A DNA stretch of 46,881 bases from an uncultured bacterium (GCA_903900935.1 CAIUOX010000011.1:1-46881), one strand, 5' to 3'; counted from the first letter of the stretch, positions 8,330-19,387 are shown. Numbers and translations: made by a program. Notes: generated from the sequence alone by a model not told the origin.

Positions 8330-9937
8330 ATGTCAAATAACTCCAAAACAGCGTTTTCTTGGGATACTATTATTCGTTTTGATGATGTATCTTTTGAATG
8401 GGGACACAATAAGCCAATTCTTGATGATGTTTCATTTACTGTTCGTCGTGGTACAAAAGTTACCATTATGGGCCAGAATGGTGCTGGTAAGACCACTATT
8501 TTTGGATTGATTCTAGGTGCTACTACGACTGAGCAGAGTCAGCTCTTGGAACATAAAGAAATATGGAAACCTGAATCTGGAGAGATCTTTATTACAAATG
8601 GTGTAACGGTTGCAACGAGTCGCCAAGTTATTCCACGTGATCAGCTCAATCTCACGGTGCGTGAATTTTTCGCTACTTCATTTAAGAAAAAAATATATGA
8701 TCTCGATCCTCGTATTGATGAGGTGCTCAATGTTGTTAATCTGCATATAGGTAAGAAGAGCACAGGTAGTAAAGAAGTTTCTCTTGATATCAAAGATCGT
8801 TTGATAAAAACATTTTCTGGAGGTCAGCAGGCACGATTACTTTTGGCGTCGGCATTAATTCAAGACCCTGATATTTTATTGCTTGATGAACCAACGAATA
8901 ACCTAGATAAAGCAGGTATTGAACATCTTACGGACTTTCTGGTGAATTATAAGAAGACTTGTTTGGTTATTTCTCACGATGCTGAATTTTTGAATGCATT
9001 CACGCATGGAGTTTTGTATCTAGATGTATATACCAAGAAAGTAGAACAATACGTGGGTGATTACAAAGACGTGGTTGAACAAATCAGTGTGCGCATAGAA
9101 AAGGAAAATATGAAAAATGCCCAATTGGCAAAGCAGATTCAGGCCAATAAAGATCAAGCCAATGTCTTCGCGAATAAAGGAGGCCAGATGCGTCTAGTGG
9201 CAAAGCGCATGCGTGAGAAAGCTGAAGAGCTTGAAGAAGAGATTGTTGATGTGCGCAAAGAAGATCGCACTATAAAGCCTTTTACGATACCTTCTCAGCC
9301 AGATCTTATTGGTGAAATAATCAGTATTTCATCATATTCAATAATGAATCCGAAGACACATAAGGCAGTAAAGCGCACCACCAAGATTTCATTACGCAAA
9401 AAACAGCATTTGCTTCTCTCTGGTCCAAATGGTATTGGCAAGAGTACATTGCTAGAATCAATTGCTCGCCATGTAGGTGTGGTTACTGATATACATCATC
9501 ATTCATTGGTCAATGCTGAAGTATCAATCGCTCCTGGTATTCGCGTCGGCTATTATAGACAAGATTTCTCAATGATGGATTTCAATGATACGGTCTATCA
9601 AAGTCTAGAAAAAGTGATTCGCTCAGTTGAAGGTCGCCTCATAGAAACTGAACTTCGTGCTGTAGCTGCAAGTTTCCTTATCACTGCTGAAACAATCCAT
9701 ACCAAAATTGCATCGCTCTCTGAAGGGCAAAAGGGTCTCGTTGCTTTTGCGCGTCTAGTATTACAACGTCCAGGACTACTTATTCTCGATGAGCCAACGA
9801 ACCATATCAACTTCAGACATTTGCCTGTAATTGCAAAGGCACTTGATCAGTATGAGGGTGCAATGATTTTGGTTTCCCACGTTCCAGAATTTGTGAAGCA
9901 GATACGGATTGATGAGGTATTGGATTTGGGGAAATAA
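8330..9937 (+). CDS. ABC-F family ATP-binding protein
   Basis: Two NBDs (GQNGAGKT/SGGQ/LLDEPTN and GPNGIGKS/SEGQ/ILDEPTNH), coiled linker, no TM segments. Confidence 0.9.
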   Translation: MSNNSKTAFSWDTIIRFDDVSFEWGHNKPILDDVSFTVRRGTKVTIMGQNGAGKTTIFGLILGATTTEQSQLLEHKEIWKPESGEIFITNGVTVATSRQVIPRDQLNLTVREFFATSFKKKIYDLDPRIDEVLNVVNLHIGKKSTGSKEVSLDIKDRLIKTFSGGQQARLLLASALIQDPDILLLDEPTNNLDKAGIEHLTDFLVNYKKTCLVISHDAEFLNAFTHGVLYLDVYTKKVEQYVGDYKDVVEQISVRIEKENMKNAQLAKQIQANKDQANVFANKGGQMRLVAKRMREKAEELEEEIVDVRKEDRTIKPFTIPSQPDLIGEIISISSYSIMNPKTHKAVKRTTKISLRKKQHLLLSGPNGIGKSTLLESIARHVGVVTDIHHHSLVNAEVSIAPGIRVGYYRQDFSMMDFNDTVYQSLEKVIRSVEGRLIETELRAVAASFLITAETIHTKIASLSEGQKGLVAFARLVLQRPGLLILDEPTNHINFRHLPVIAKALDQYEGAMILVSHVPEFVKQIRIDEVLDLGK

Positions 9938-10038
9938 TTTCAAAAATAGCTTGGTAGAAAAGCAATGTGCATTTTTTGCACATTATAAATAGGGGCAATA
10001 GAGACATTTGGTGAGTGCGCAACTCAAGAATAATATAC

Positions 10039-10084
10039 AAAAACCCGCCTTCCCACAGAAAGCAAGTTTTTGTGTGAAGGCGGG
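10039..10084 (-). terminator. Intrinsic terminator downstream of the minus-strand orphan gene
   Basis: CCCGCCTTC...GAAGGCGGG stem with a minus-strand U-run (A5 at 10039-10043). Confidence 0.65.
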
Positions 10085-10087
10085 CTG

Positions 10088-10588
10088 TCAGGCGAAGGCT
10101 AGCTGAAATTGTTCAGCGTATTTTCGCGCGAACATCTTACGGAACAAATAGGGAACAGCACCAAGAACGAGTGGTATTGGTGCATTTGGGTCTTTGATGT
10201 GGTCGAGCCACAGATCAGCTTGATCACCCCGTTCCAGCTTTGCACATACTGTGCGGAACAATGAAGAGTCATAACAAAGCCCGGGTACAGATTCCAGAAG
10301 TAGGATATCTCCTTCTTCAAGCCCATCTGGCCACGTTGTAGAACGTGTCGGCCGAGGACTTGGGGGTGACGAGAAGCAGTGCTTTTTCGCCAATTTGGTG
10401 ATTGGGCGACTGAATTTTTTTGGGTTTTGGTTGATGTATGCTGTAACACGCGCCGCATCACTTTGAGAAATTTCCAGAAGCTGATGGTATATGCCAAGCA
10501 AGAGACTGGTTGGATGACCTTCTTGCGTGAAGAGTTTTACTGCGTCGCACGAATCCATTATTCCATTTGTAGTTTTTATATTTGGCAT
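10088..10588 (-). CDS. Hypothetical protein (stand-alone orphan)
   Basis: ORF with likely start ATG 10588 (AAGGA upstream), its own promoter and terminator; no family recognised. Confidence 0.55.
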   Translation of the reverse strand: MPNIKTTNGIMDSCDAVKLFTQEGHPTSLLLGIYHQLLEISQSDAARVTAYINQNPKKFSRPITKLAKKHCFSSPPSPRPTRSTTWPDGLEEGDILLLESVPGLCYDSSLFRTVCAKLERGDQADLWLDHIKDPNAPIPLVLGAVPYLFRKMFARKYAEQFQLAFA

Positions 10589-10647
10589 GATGTTCCTTAT
10601 GTTTGTGTGTTGAATGTTGCTAACAAAATAACTATAGGCCGGCTGAT

Positions 10648-10676
10648 AATGTATCATTTGTGGATATGTACGTCAA
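10648..10676 (-). promoter_or_regulatory. sigma70-type promoter of the orphan gene
   Basis: TTGACG, 17 nt, TACATT (preceded by TGA, extended -10). Confidence 0.6.
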
Positions 10677-10722
10677 TCTCTAATCGAGGTCAGACCTCGA
10701 TAATATCTGATATAATCGCCCT

Positions 10723-11139
10723 ATGCCGTATCATATTTTCTTTCGAAGGATTCGCAGACGTATCAGACAAAAATCTTTGAATCATAAGGAATATCTTTTA
10801 CAACGTGAATCAGCTAGAACACTTGTGATGGAACGTCTTATTTATTTTGTTGGTGAATATGCAAAGCTCGACCCAATTCTTGCGCAGTTCATGAAATACA
10901 ATCATGTCAGTATTCGCAATCAGCGTAGACGATGGGGAAGTTGCTCATCAAAAAAGAATCTAAATTTTAATTATCGTATTCTGACACTTTCACCAGAATT
11001 ACGTGATTACATCATAGTGCATGAATTGTGCCATCTCAAAGAGCTACATCATGGTAAAACATTTTGGGATCTTGTTGAGCGTATTATTCCAGACGGACAG
11101 GCCTTGAATATGAAAGTTCGCCACATAAAGTTCCAATAA
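10723..11139 (+). CDS. YgjP/DUF45 (M48-like) zinc metallohydrolase
   Basis: IRNQRRRWGSCS, LNFN, DYIIVHELCHL..HHGKTFW. Confidence 0.85.
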   Translation: MPYHIFFRRIRRRIRQKSLNHKEYLLQRESARTLVMERLIYFVGEYAKLDPILAQFMKYNHVSIRNQRRRWGSCSSKKNLNFNYRILTLSPELRDYIIVHELCHLKELHHGKTFWDLVERIIPDGQALNMKVRHIKFQ

Positions 11140-11140
11140 T

Positions 11141-11419
11141 ATGAATAAAATAACTTATTATGTGTATATTTTAAAGTGCGCTGATACAACATTATATATC
11201 GGTTCTACTACTGATCTTGAAAGACGACTTTATGCACATAATCATCTAAAATCAGGTGCACATTATACCAAGATACGCAGACCAGTAACTTTGATATATT
11301 CAAAAAAATACAAAACATATGCACAAGTTCGTGCGAAGGAAGCCAAATTAAAGAGAATGAGTAGAGATAGAAAATTACAACTTATTTTTCAAAATAAGAA
11401 AATAACTAGACGAAAATAG
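11141..11419 (+). CDS. GIY-YIG nuclease (YhbQ/UPF0213-like)
   Basis: YYVYILKCAD..LYIGSTTDLERRL..HN..GAHYT..RRP..EAKLK. Confidence 0.9.
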   Translation: MNKITYYVYILKCADTTLYIGSTTDLERRLYAHNHLKSGAHYTKIRRPVTLIYSKKYKTYAQVRAKEAKLKRMSRDRKLQLIFQNKKITRRK

Positions 11420-11424
11420 TTGGG

Positions 11425-12255
11425 TTACAAACCAAGTGCTCTGAGGAATTCTTGTAATTCAGTATCTTCTATTTTGCGGAATGCATTTGATTGCAATCGA
11501 TCAAGTTTGATATTTATGATGCGTGTACGAGTGAGTTGTTCAATCTCAGCAAAAAGAAGTGCACACATTTGGCGGAGATGATTTCCTGCATCAGTGGTAA
11601 TGATAGAGCATAGATGTGAATCTTCTATTTTTACTGATGCACGAGATATGATGTGTTTACCAATATTGATTCCTTCGGCCATCTTTTCCTTGAAATTACT
11701 TCGGAGTGGCGTGATTGTACGGATGACGTATTCAGCGTCATGCTCATGTCCATTATTGAATAGACGGCTCGAGACGCGACGGTCATTGGTGAGGATCATC
11801 AAGCCATTTGCATTTGTATCAAGGTGTCCAACAGAGAAAACACCACGAAGAGAGATTGATTGTGCGATACTCGGTGTTCCTTTACGTGTTTCATCAGTTG
11901 AGATGCCACGAGGTTTATTGTATGCATAGTATACATATGATTCAATCTTCTTATGGTTATTCACTTCAACAACGTCTGATTCCTCTACTTTATCACCGAG
12001 TACAGCATATCTACCATTGATGGTGACACGTTTCTTTGTGATGATTTCATCTGCACCACGACGTGTGGCATATCCTTTGAAGGCGAGATATTTGTTGATG
12101 CGCATCGGGAATGTGTATGGGTTTGTGGCAGGAATTGGTGATGGTCCAGGAACTTTTGTCTTTGTGCGAATAGGCCTAGCAGAACGTTTCTTGTGCAAAT
12201 TGTGCACAAACTTTGGAACGAATTTTGAATTAGATCGAGGGGCGAATTTTTCCAT
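11425..12255 (-). CDS. RsuA/RluB/RluF-family pseudouridine synthase with S4 domain (divergent)
   Basis: S4 domain RINKYLA..RRGAD; YNKPRG; GHLD in place of GRLD. Confidence 0.8.
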   Translation of the reverse strand: MEKFAPRSNSKFVPKFVHNLHKKRSARPIRTKTKVPGPSPIPATNPYTFPMRINKYLAFKGYATRRGADEIITKKRVTINGRYAVLGDKVEESDVVEVNNHKKIESYVYYAYNKPRGISTDETRKGTPSIAQSISLRGVFSVGHLDTNANGLMILTNDRRVSSRLFNNGHEHDAEYVIRTITPLRSNFKEKMAEGINIGKHIISRASVKIEDSHLCSIITTDAGNHLRQMCALLFAEIEQLTRTRIINIKLDRLQSNAFRKIEDTELQEFLRALGL

Positions 12256-12467
12256 GAATAAAACTGTATCATTTTGGTGCTAAAATAGCAAATCAAAAAT
12301 GATTTATTGTCAAACATATTGTAATTGTTAGACTTATATAAATATGTTTGATATTTTTTAGTGTAGTCATTGGTGTACTTTTTTGTGTCTGAATATGTTT
12401 GTGGTAATCAACAGCTTATTCACGTATATACAAAAGTTTTTATTGAGAAGTAGTGTAAAATCTCTTC

Positions 12468-14306
12468 ATGACTCAGAAAGATGCATTGAATATACTGAAA
12501 GCTGGACAAAATGTCTTCATTACAGGACCAGCTGGTTCAGGAAAAACATTTGTAGTAAATCAATACATCAGATATCTCAAGGATCATGGTGTTCCGATTG
12601 GTATTACAGCATCAACAGGTATTGCTGCTACTCATATGGGTGGTGTGACTATTCATTCATGGTCTGGTATTGGTATCAAAAATTATATATCAGAAGAAGA
12701 TCTTGAAGCTATAAGCCAGAAAGCGAGTGTGCGCAAAAAAATTCAAGAATCTCAAGTTTTGATTATTGATGAAGTTTCAATGTTGCACCATTTTCGTCTG
12801 GATCTTATTGATCAAGTGCTCAAACATATCCGCAAATCAACAGAACCATTTGGTGGCATACAGATGATATTGTGTGGAGATTTTTTCCAGTTACCACCAG
12901 TATCACGCATGGGCGAACAAAGTCCCCAATTCATCTATCATTCTGATTCGTGGAAACAAGGCAAGTTTGCTGTATGTTATCTTTCAGAAAATTATCGTCA
13001 AGGTGATGATGTGTCATTGACTATTTTGAATGAAATTCGTTCAGGCGAAGTATCAGAAAAGTCACAAGAACTTTTACGAGGTAGATTCAAGAAAAATACG
13101 ACAAAATTAGCGTCACCACACATTGACATCTCCTCTGACGTTGAAGAAGAAATCATTAACCTAGATTTTCAAGAGACTCTCATTGAACCAACACGTCTCT
13201 ATACTCATAATATTGATGTAGATATTATAAATGATCGTGAACTAAATAAGGTCAATGCTCATGAATGTATGTATGAGATGACTTGCCAAGGAAGGAAGTC
13301 ATTGGTTGAAACCCTTAAGAAATCCTGTTTGGCGCCAGAGAATCTACGATTGAAAAAAGGCGCACGAGTGATGTGCATTAAGAATAACTTTGAGAAAGGC
13401 TACGTGAATGGAACACTCGGTGTAATTGTCTCATGTGGCCATGGAGTTGACCCGATTATTCGTACTGCAGGGACTCCTGATTTTCCTGATGGCAGATTGC
13501 TTACACTTGAGTCAGCTACGTGGCAGATTGAATATGATGGAAAAATATTGGCTGAGATACATCAATATCCATTACGCCTCGCATGGGCTATCACAGTGCA
13601 CAAAAGCCAAGGAATGAGTTTGGATGCCATAGAAGTTGATCTATCTCGTTCATTTGAGGCGGGTATGGGATACGTGGCATTGTCTCGTGTGCGTACTTTG
13701 GCGGGTTTACGTATTCTTGGACTCAATCAACATGCGCTTAAGGTCAATCATGAAGTGCTCAAATATGATCATCATTTGCGTGAATTATCAGCAAAAGCAG
13801 AGAGTGTTATCACCCATACTGATGAAAAAGATATCATTCGTGCTCAAGAAGCATTTTTGGGTAAGGTTGCGCCAATGTATTCATATATTGATCCAAAAAC
13901 AGGGAAGACAACACGAAAAAGCATCAAAAAAGATAAAACAATCAAGATTTCAACATTTGCTCGAACTGCAAATCTTATTCGCTCACAAAAAAATCTCAAA
14001 GAGATAGCTGAGGCGCGTGATATGGTTATTGATACCATCATATATCACCTTGAATATCTCATAAATACTGATGGTTCAGACGTGGCAGAGCATCTCAATC
14101 AATCAGATATAGCGTATCTCAAGTATGAGATTTCACCACAGCATTTTGGCAAGATAGAAAAAGCGCTGGAGGTTGTGTCGCTAGCCCAAAATGATGACAA
14201 ACCACCTTTGCTCTCTCCTGTAAAAAATAAAGTTGGTGCCAATGTCTCATTTAGGGATATTCGCTTGGCACGTGTTTTGCTAGGATATATCAAAAAGACT
14301 ATATAA
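12468..14306 (+). CDS. PIF1/RecD-like SF1B helicase with C-terminal HTH
   Basis: TGPAGSGKT, ASTGIAA, IIDEVSM, GDFFQLPPV, LAWAITVHKSQGMSL, YVALSR. Confidence 0.9.
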   Translation: MTQKDALNILKAGQNVFITGPAGSGKTFVVNQYIRYLKDHGVPIGITASTGIAATHMGGVTIHSWSGIGIKNYISEEDLEAISQKASVRKKIQESQVLIIDEVSMLHHFRLDLIDQVLKHIRKSTEPFGGIQMILCGDFFQLPPVSRMGEQSPQFIYHSDSWKQGKFAVCYLSENYRQGDDVSLTILNEIRSGEVSEKSQELLRGRFKKNTTKLASPHIDISSDVEEEIINLDFQETLIEPTRLYTHNIDVDIINDRELNKVNAHECMYEMTCQGRKSLVETLKKSCLAPENLRLKKGARVMCIKNNFEKGYVNGTLGVIVSCGHGVDPIIRTAGTPDFPDGRLLTLESATWQIEYDGKILAEIHQYPLRLAWAITVHKSQGMSLDAIEVDLSRSFEAGMGYVALSRVRTLAGLRILGLNQHALKVNHEVLKYDHHLRELSAKAESVITHTDEKDIIRAQEAFLGKVAPMYSYIDPKTGKTTRKSIKKDKTIKISTFARTANLIRSQKNLKEIAEARDMVIDTIIYHLEYLINTDGSDVAEHLNQSDIAYLKYEISPQHFGKIEKALEVVSLAQNDDKPPLLSPVKNKVGANVSFRDIRLARVLLGYIKKTI

Positions 14307-14356
14307 TACAGAAAAAGCTAAAGATTCTTTTTGAAAGCGTATAGAATATAACTTAT

Positions 14357-14394
14357 AAAAAATAAGACCCCCGACGCACAGGTGTGCTGGGGGC
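14357..14394 (-). terminator. Probable intrinsic terminator
   Basis: CCCCC...GGGGG GC-rich imperfect stem with a minus-strand U-rich tail, between convergent genes. Confidence 0.5.
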
Positions 14395-14410
14395 TGATAT
14401 CCTGATAAAC

Positions 14411-14767
14411 TCATGCTGGGACCATTGCCGGATTGTCGATTCGGTATGAAAGTCGTTTTTGGTGAATGGTAACAGTGGTGATTCCGTTCCTACCGCGTAT
14501 TTTTTTCACGACACGAATAAAAATGATGAAGATTTCAAGGATGGCATCCTTGATAATTACTGGAAGATCGCGTGTGATTTTCGCGGTGATACTGGTTTTT
14601 TTGCCACAACAGATTTTAAACCGATGTGCTCCCATTTCGGTGAAGATCTGCATGTCCCGGATTTCATCCAGAACTCTTCGGCAGACGAGGGCCACTGTTT
14701 CTTTCGTAAGTCCCAATCCGAACTTTGAAGCGTTCGGCGTGTTGGGTCTCGCTTTCCTCTTTTTCAT
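14411..14767 (-). CDS. Small basic hypothetical protein (stand-alone orphan)
   Basis: ORF from ATG 14767 with A-rich leader, upstream promoter and downstream terminator. Confidence 0.5.
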   Translation of the reverse strand: MKKRKARPNTPNASKFGLGLTKETVALVCRRVLDEIRDMQIFTEMGAHRFKICCGKKTSITAKITRDLPVIIKDAILEIFIIFIRVVKKIRGRNGITTVTIHQKRLSYRIDNPAMVPA

Positions 14768-14831
14768 AGTTTGTTTCGTTTTGTGGTTTTTGTACTTTTC
14801 ATTCACACATATGAATGACGTTCGGTTACAA

Positions 14832-14860
14832 ATAGTACTACTCTAGTATAGTTATGTCAA
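14832..14860 (-). promoter_or_regulatory. sigma70-type promoter
   Basis: TTGACA, 17 nt, TACTAT. Confidence 0.65.
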
Positions 14861-14880
14861 TCATATTTCTTTGTTATTCT

Positions 14881-16152
14881 TTATGAAGATTTTGATGTAG
14901 GAATAGCATTACCAGCGACCCAACCAGTGCTCCAGCAGAGCTGTAAACTATATCCACCAGAAGGACGATCTATATTCAATACATCACCGATAAGATATAG
15001 GTTGGGGATGATTGAACTTTTCATTGTTTTAAAATCTACTTCAGTCAAAGTGACTCCACCAGAAGTAATGATAGCTTTGTCAAATCCAAGTAATTTTGTT
15101 GGATGAATATGTATGTCTTTGAGTAATTTCACCAAGTCCAGACGCTCTTGTCTTGTTACACTATGATTTGGTTTTTCGGGATTGATGAGAGAGCGTTGTA
15201 TCACCATATCAATAAATGCTGCAGGAATGAGTGAACCGATACTATTTTTGAATTTCTTATTGCTATCTTTTGCAAATAGGTTTTGCAACGCTTTATTCAA
15301 GGTAGCATAATCATGTTCAGGAAGAAGGTCTATTGAGATGATCACTTCGCCATATTTCATTAGGTCTTCTACTTCTGATGACATATTGAGTATAGCTGGT
15401 CCTGATAGGCCGAAGTGTGTAAAAAGAACCTTACCTTTTTTTGTTGCTTGTTTTATTCCATTTTGTAATAGAGTAATCTTTGCATTGGGCATTGAGACGC
15501 CAGAAATATCTTTGACCCATTGGTCGCGAACCTCGATTGGTACTAGTGCTGCTTTTGGCTCCGAAATCGTATGGCCGAGTTTCTTCAGCCATCCAAATCC
15601 TTCACCAGTTGAGCCAGTTTCTGGGTGAGATTTTCCGCCAGTAGCAAGAATGAAATTCTTGGCATGAATAACTTCACCATTTTTGAGCTTCACGCTCTCT
15701 ATGTGTCCATTTTTACTCTGTACAAATCCAGTGACAGGAACATTTGAGCGCACAGTCACTTTCCCAGCTTTCATATATGATATGAGCACATCGAATACTG
15801 ATTGTGCCGAATCACTAATAGGGAAGACACGCTTTCCTTCTTCAACTTTTGTCTCCATAAATCTATTATTAAAAAACTCTAGTGTATCTCTGACACTGTG
15901 TTGTGAGAATGTGGAAAAAAGGAATTTGCTATCATCTTTGAATTTTGAAAGAAATGCACGTACATTAGTTTCTGCATTGGTTAGATTGCATCTACCACCA
16001 CCGCTGATGAGGAGCTTTTTGCCGAGAGAGGTATTTTTCTCAAGTAGTATGACATTTAAGCCACGTTCGGCTGCACGTCCAGCCGACATCATACCAGCGG
16101 GTCCACCGCCGATCACAGCTACGTCGTATGGGGTTTCAACTGTTTCTTTCAT
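14881..16152 (-). CDS. HI0933/YhiN (BaiN-like) flavoprotein
   Basis: GGGPAG, GKKLLISGGGRCNLTN, ATGG..P.TGSTGEG, FTHFGLSGP, TSGGV, GGYSLQ. Confidence 0.92.
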   Translation of the reverse strand: MKETVETPYDVAVIGGGPAGMMSAGRAAERGLNVILLEKNTSLGKKLLISGGGRCNLTNAETNVRAFLSKFKDDSKFLFSTFSQHSVRDTLEFFNNRFMETKVEEGKRVFPISDSAQSVFDVLISYMKAGKVTVRSNVPVTGFVQSKNGHIESVKLKNGEVIHAKNFILATGGKSHPETGSTGEGFGWLKKLGHTISEPKAALVPIEVRDQWVKDISGVSMPNAKITLLQNGIKQATKKGKVLFTHFGLSGPAILNMSSEVEDLMKYGEVIISIDLLPEHDYATLNKALQNLFAKDSNKKFKNSIGSLIPAAFIDMVIQRSLINPEKPNHSVTRQERLDLVKLLKDIHIHPTKLLGFDKAIITSGGVTLTEVDFKTMKSSIIPNLYLIGDVLNIDRPSGGYSLQLCWSTGWVAGNAIPTSKSS

Positions 16153-16228
16153 AGCGACATGTTAGCACAGATAAGTCAAAAAGGCTCATGTATGCAAATA
16201 AAAAAGGAATTTTTGTTTGTACTATGTA

Positions 16229-17470
<1,242 letters not shown>

Positions 17471-17477
17471 TTAGTTC

Positions 17478-17503
17478 AGAAGATGGAGGATGTGTACCCA
17501 TTT
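17478..17503. repeat. Partial copy of the 19249-19387 palindrome arm
   Basis: AGAAGATGGAGGATGTGTACCCATTT matches AGAAGCGGGAGGATGTGTACTCATTT (19248-19273) at 23/26 positions. Confidence 0.7.
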
Positions 17504-17536
17504 TCAAATATTCTCATCCTCAGTTATAATCAGTCA

Positions 17537-18232
17537 ATGAATAATCAAAAAAATCCACACTTTTTTTCACGAAAGAATATCCATAGCGATGAAATAAAAG
17601 TACATCTAGAAAATATCAATAGAGAATTCAAAGAAGGTTTTGCATTTGTGCGCAAATATCCAAAGTCTGTAACGATATTTGGTTCATCATTGATCAAACC
17701 TGAAAGTCAAACATACAAGGATGCATTCAATCTCGGTGAACGTATCGTAAAAGAATTGAAATACGCAGTGATTACTGGTGGTGGTCCAGGAGTTATGGAA
17801 GCTGCCAATATGGGTGCATCGCAAGCTCATGGTCAGTCAGTTGGCCTCAATATCAGTCTTCCTCACGAGCATCATACCAATATTGCAGTGACCGATTCTA
17901 TGAAGTTTAGTTATTTCTTTTCTCGGAAGACAATGCTTACATTCGCGGCAGAGACTTATGTTTTTTTTCCTGGTGGATTTGGGACATTTGATGAATTATT
18001 CAGTATCCTTACATTGGTTCAGACTGGAAAAATTCCTCGTGTGCCGATTGTATTGTTTGGTTCAGAATTTTGGAATAGTTTCTTGGGTGTATTCAAAGAA
18101 AAAATGTCTGATGAATATCACACAATTGATCCTCATGACCTTGAATTGGTCAAAATAACTGACTCTATTGATTTTGTTTTGGAAGTTATCCAAAAAGCCC
18201 CAATATCAGAGTGGTGGAGGAATATAAATTAG
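17537..18232 (+). CDS. LOG family (TIGR00730) nucleotide phosphoribohydrolase
   Basis: VTIFGS, ITGGGPGVMEAAN, FFSRK, PGGFGTFDE; start ATG 17537 follows TATAAT. Confidence 0.9.
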   Translation: MNNQKNPHFFSRKNIHSDEIKVHLENINREFKEGFAFVRKYPKSVTIFGSSLIKPESQTYKDAFNLGERIVKELKYAVITGGGPGVMEAANMGASQAHGQSVGLNISLPHEHHTNIAVTDSMKFSYFFSRKTMLTFAAETYVFFPGGFGTFDELFSILTLVQTGKIPRVPIVLFGSEFWNSFLGVFKEKMSDEYHTIDPHDLELVKITDSIDFVLEVIQKAPISEWWRNIN

Positions 18233-19224
18233 ATCTCTCTTGGCTTATAATCAGATGGAGCTCGTTCAAGCCACCATTCTATCTGTTTTCTAGTTAGGAG
18301 ACCTTCTTGCGAACCGATGAATTGGGCGACTGACATCGGATTGACTGGAGCCCAAGTGAGTGCTTCAAGAGGAGATTTTCCAATACAAAGTGCAGACATG
18401 AATGTTGAGGCGAAAGCATCACCGCAGCCGGTGCGTTCAAATGGTGGCTTTGAGTCATGGTATATTGGCATAAAATAATAGTGTTCGCCATCAAACATAT
18501 ATGCTCCTTTTGATGCATCAGTAATCAATGTTATCTTTGGTCCTTGATCAGCAAGTCCTTTGAGAAGAATTTTTATATCACGAGAAGTGCTTCCAAGAAT
18601 ACGTTGCGCTTCTTCAAGATTTACAATAAAAACATGAGTATGTTGGTATATACGTTTCAATTCTTCAATTCCAAGTTTGATTTGGAATGTTCCTGGTTGG
18701 AATGTTAGACGAACGTTCGGGTGTGCATCAAGATAGTCAGCTATTGCCATGTGGTATGGGAATGTTGCACTACTCATTGATGTAAGATATATCCATTTTG
18801 GTTCGGCAAATTTTGGTAATTCATAGTCATAATCAGTGTGGTGTACAAGAATAGTGCGATCAATGTCATACCATAGTACGAAGTGATAGTTCGTTGGCTT
18901 GTTTTTGTTGATCTTTACATATGATGTGCTGACATTGTTCTTATGAAGTTCTACCAAAGAGTCTTTGCCATTTTGATCATCGCCAATATTTGTTACTAGT
19001 GCCGTATTGAGTCCAAGACGTGCTGCTGAAACTGCGGCATTTGCGGCATTTCCTACAGCTTTTATTACTTTCACATACTCAAAAGGTATTTTATCTCCAA
19101 ATGGCATGCATATCTCACAATCATTTGTATTCACTTTGCAGTGCACATCTGCTTTTTCTAGGCGAATAAAAGCATCTGTGGCTATATCGCCGATAGCGAG
19201 TACGTCGAGTGACTTTTTGAACAT
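18229..19224 (-). CDS. PfkB/ribokinase family carbohydrate kinase
   Basis: GNAANAAVSAARLG, VNLEEA, TGCGDAF. Confidence 0.9.
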   Translation of the reverse strand: MFKKSLDVLAIGDIATDAFIRLEKADVHCKVNTNDCEICMPFGDKIPFEYVKVIKAVGNAANAAVSAARLGLNTALVTNIGDDQNGKDSLVELHKNNVSTSYVKINKNKPTNYHFVLWYDIDRTILVHHTDYDYELPKFAEPKWIYLTSMSSATFPYHMAIADYLDAHPNVRLTFQPGTFQIKLGIEELKRIYQHTHVFIVNLEEAQRILGSTSRDIKILLKGLADQGPKITLITDASKGAYMFDGEHYYFMPIYHDSKPPFERTGCGDAFASTFMSALCIGKSPLEALTWAPVNPMSVAQFIGSQEGLLTRKQIEWWLERAPSDYKPREI

Positions 19225-19248
19225 GCACAAATTATATCATAGACCAGA

Positions 19249-19387
19249 GAAGCGGGAGGATGTGTACTCATTTCATTCCATGAAGCTCGGTGACGATTTG
19301 ATATGTGTGCCTAAAGAATAATATAATGAGACGAAATCCCGCTGGGAATGCTTCATGGAATGAAATGAGTACACATACTCCCGCTTC
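19249..19387. repeat. Long palindromic element (38-bp arms, 63-bp spacer)
   Basis: 19249-19286 is the reverse complement of 19350-19387 with one mismatch. Confidence 0.9.
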
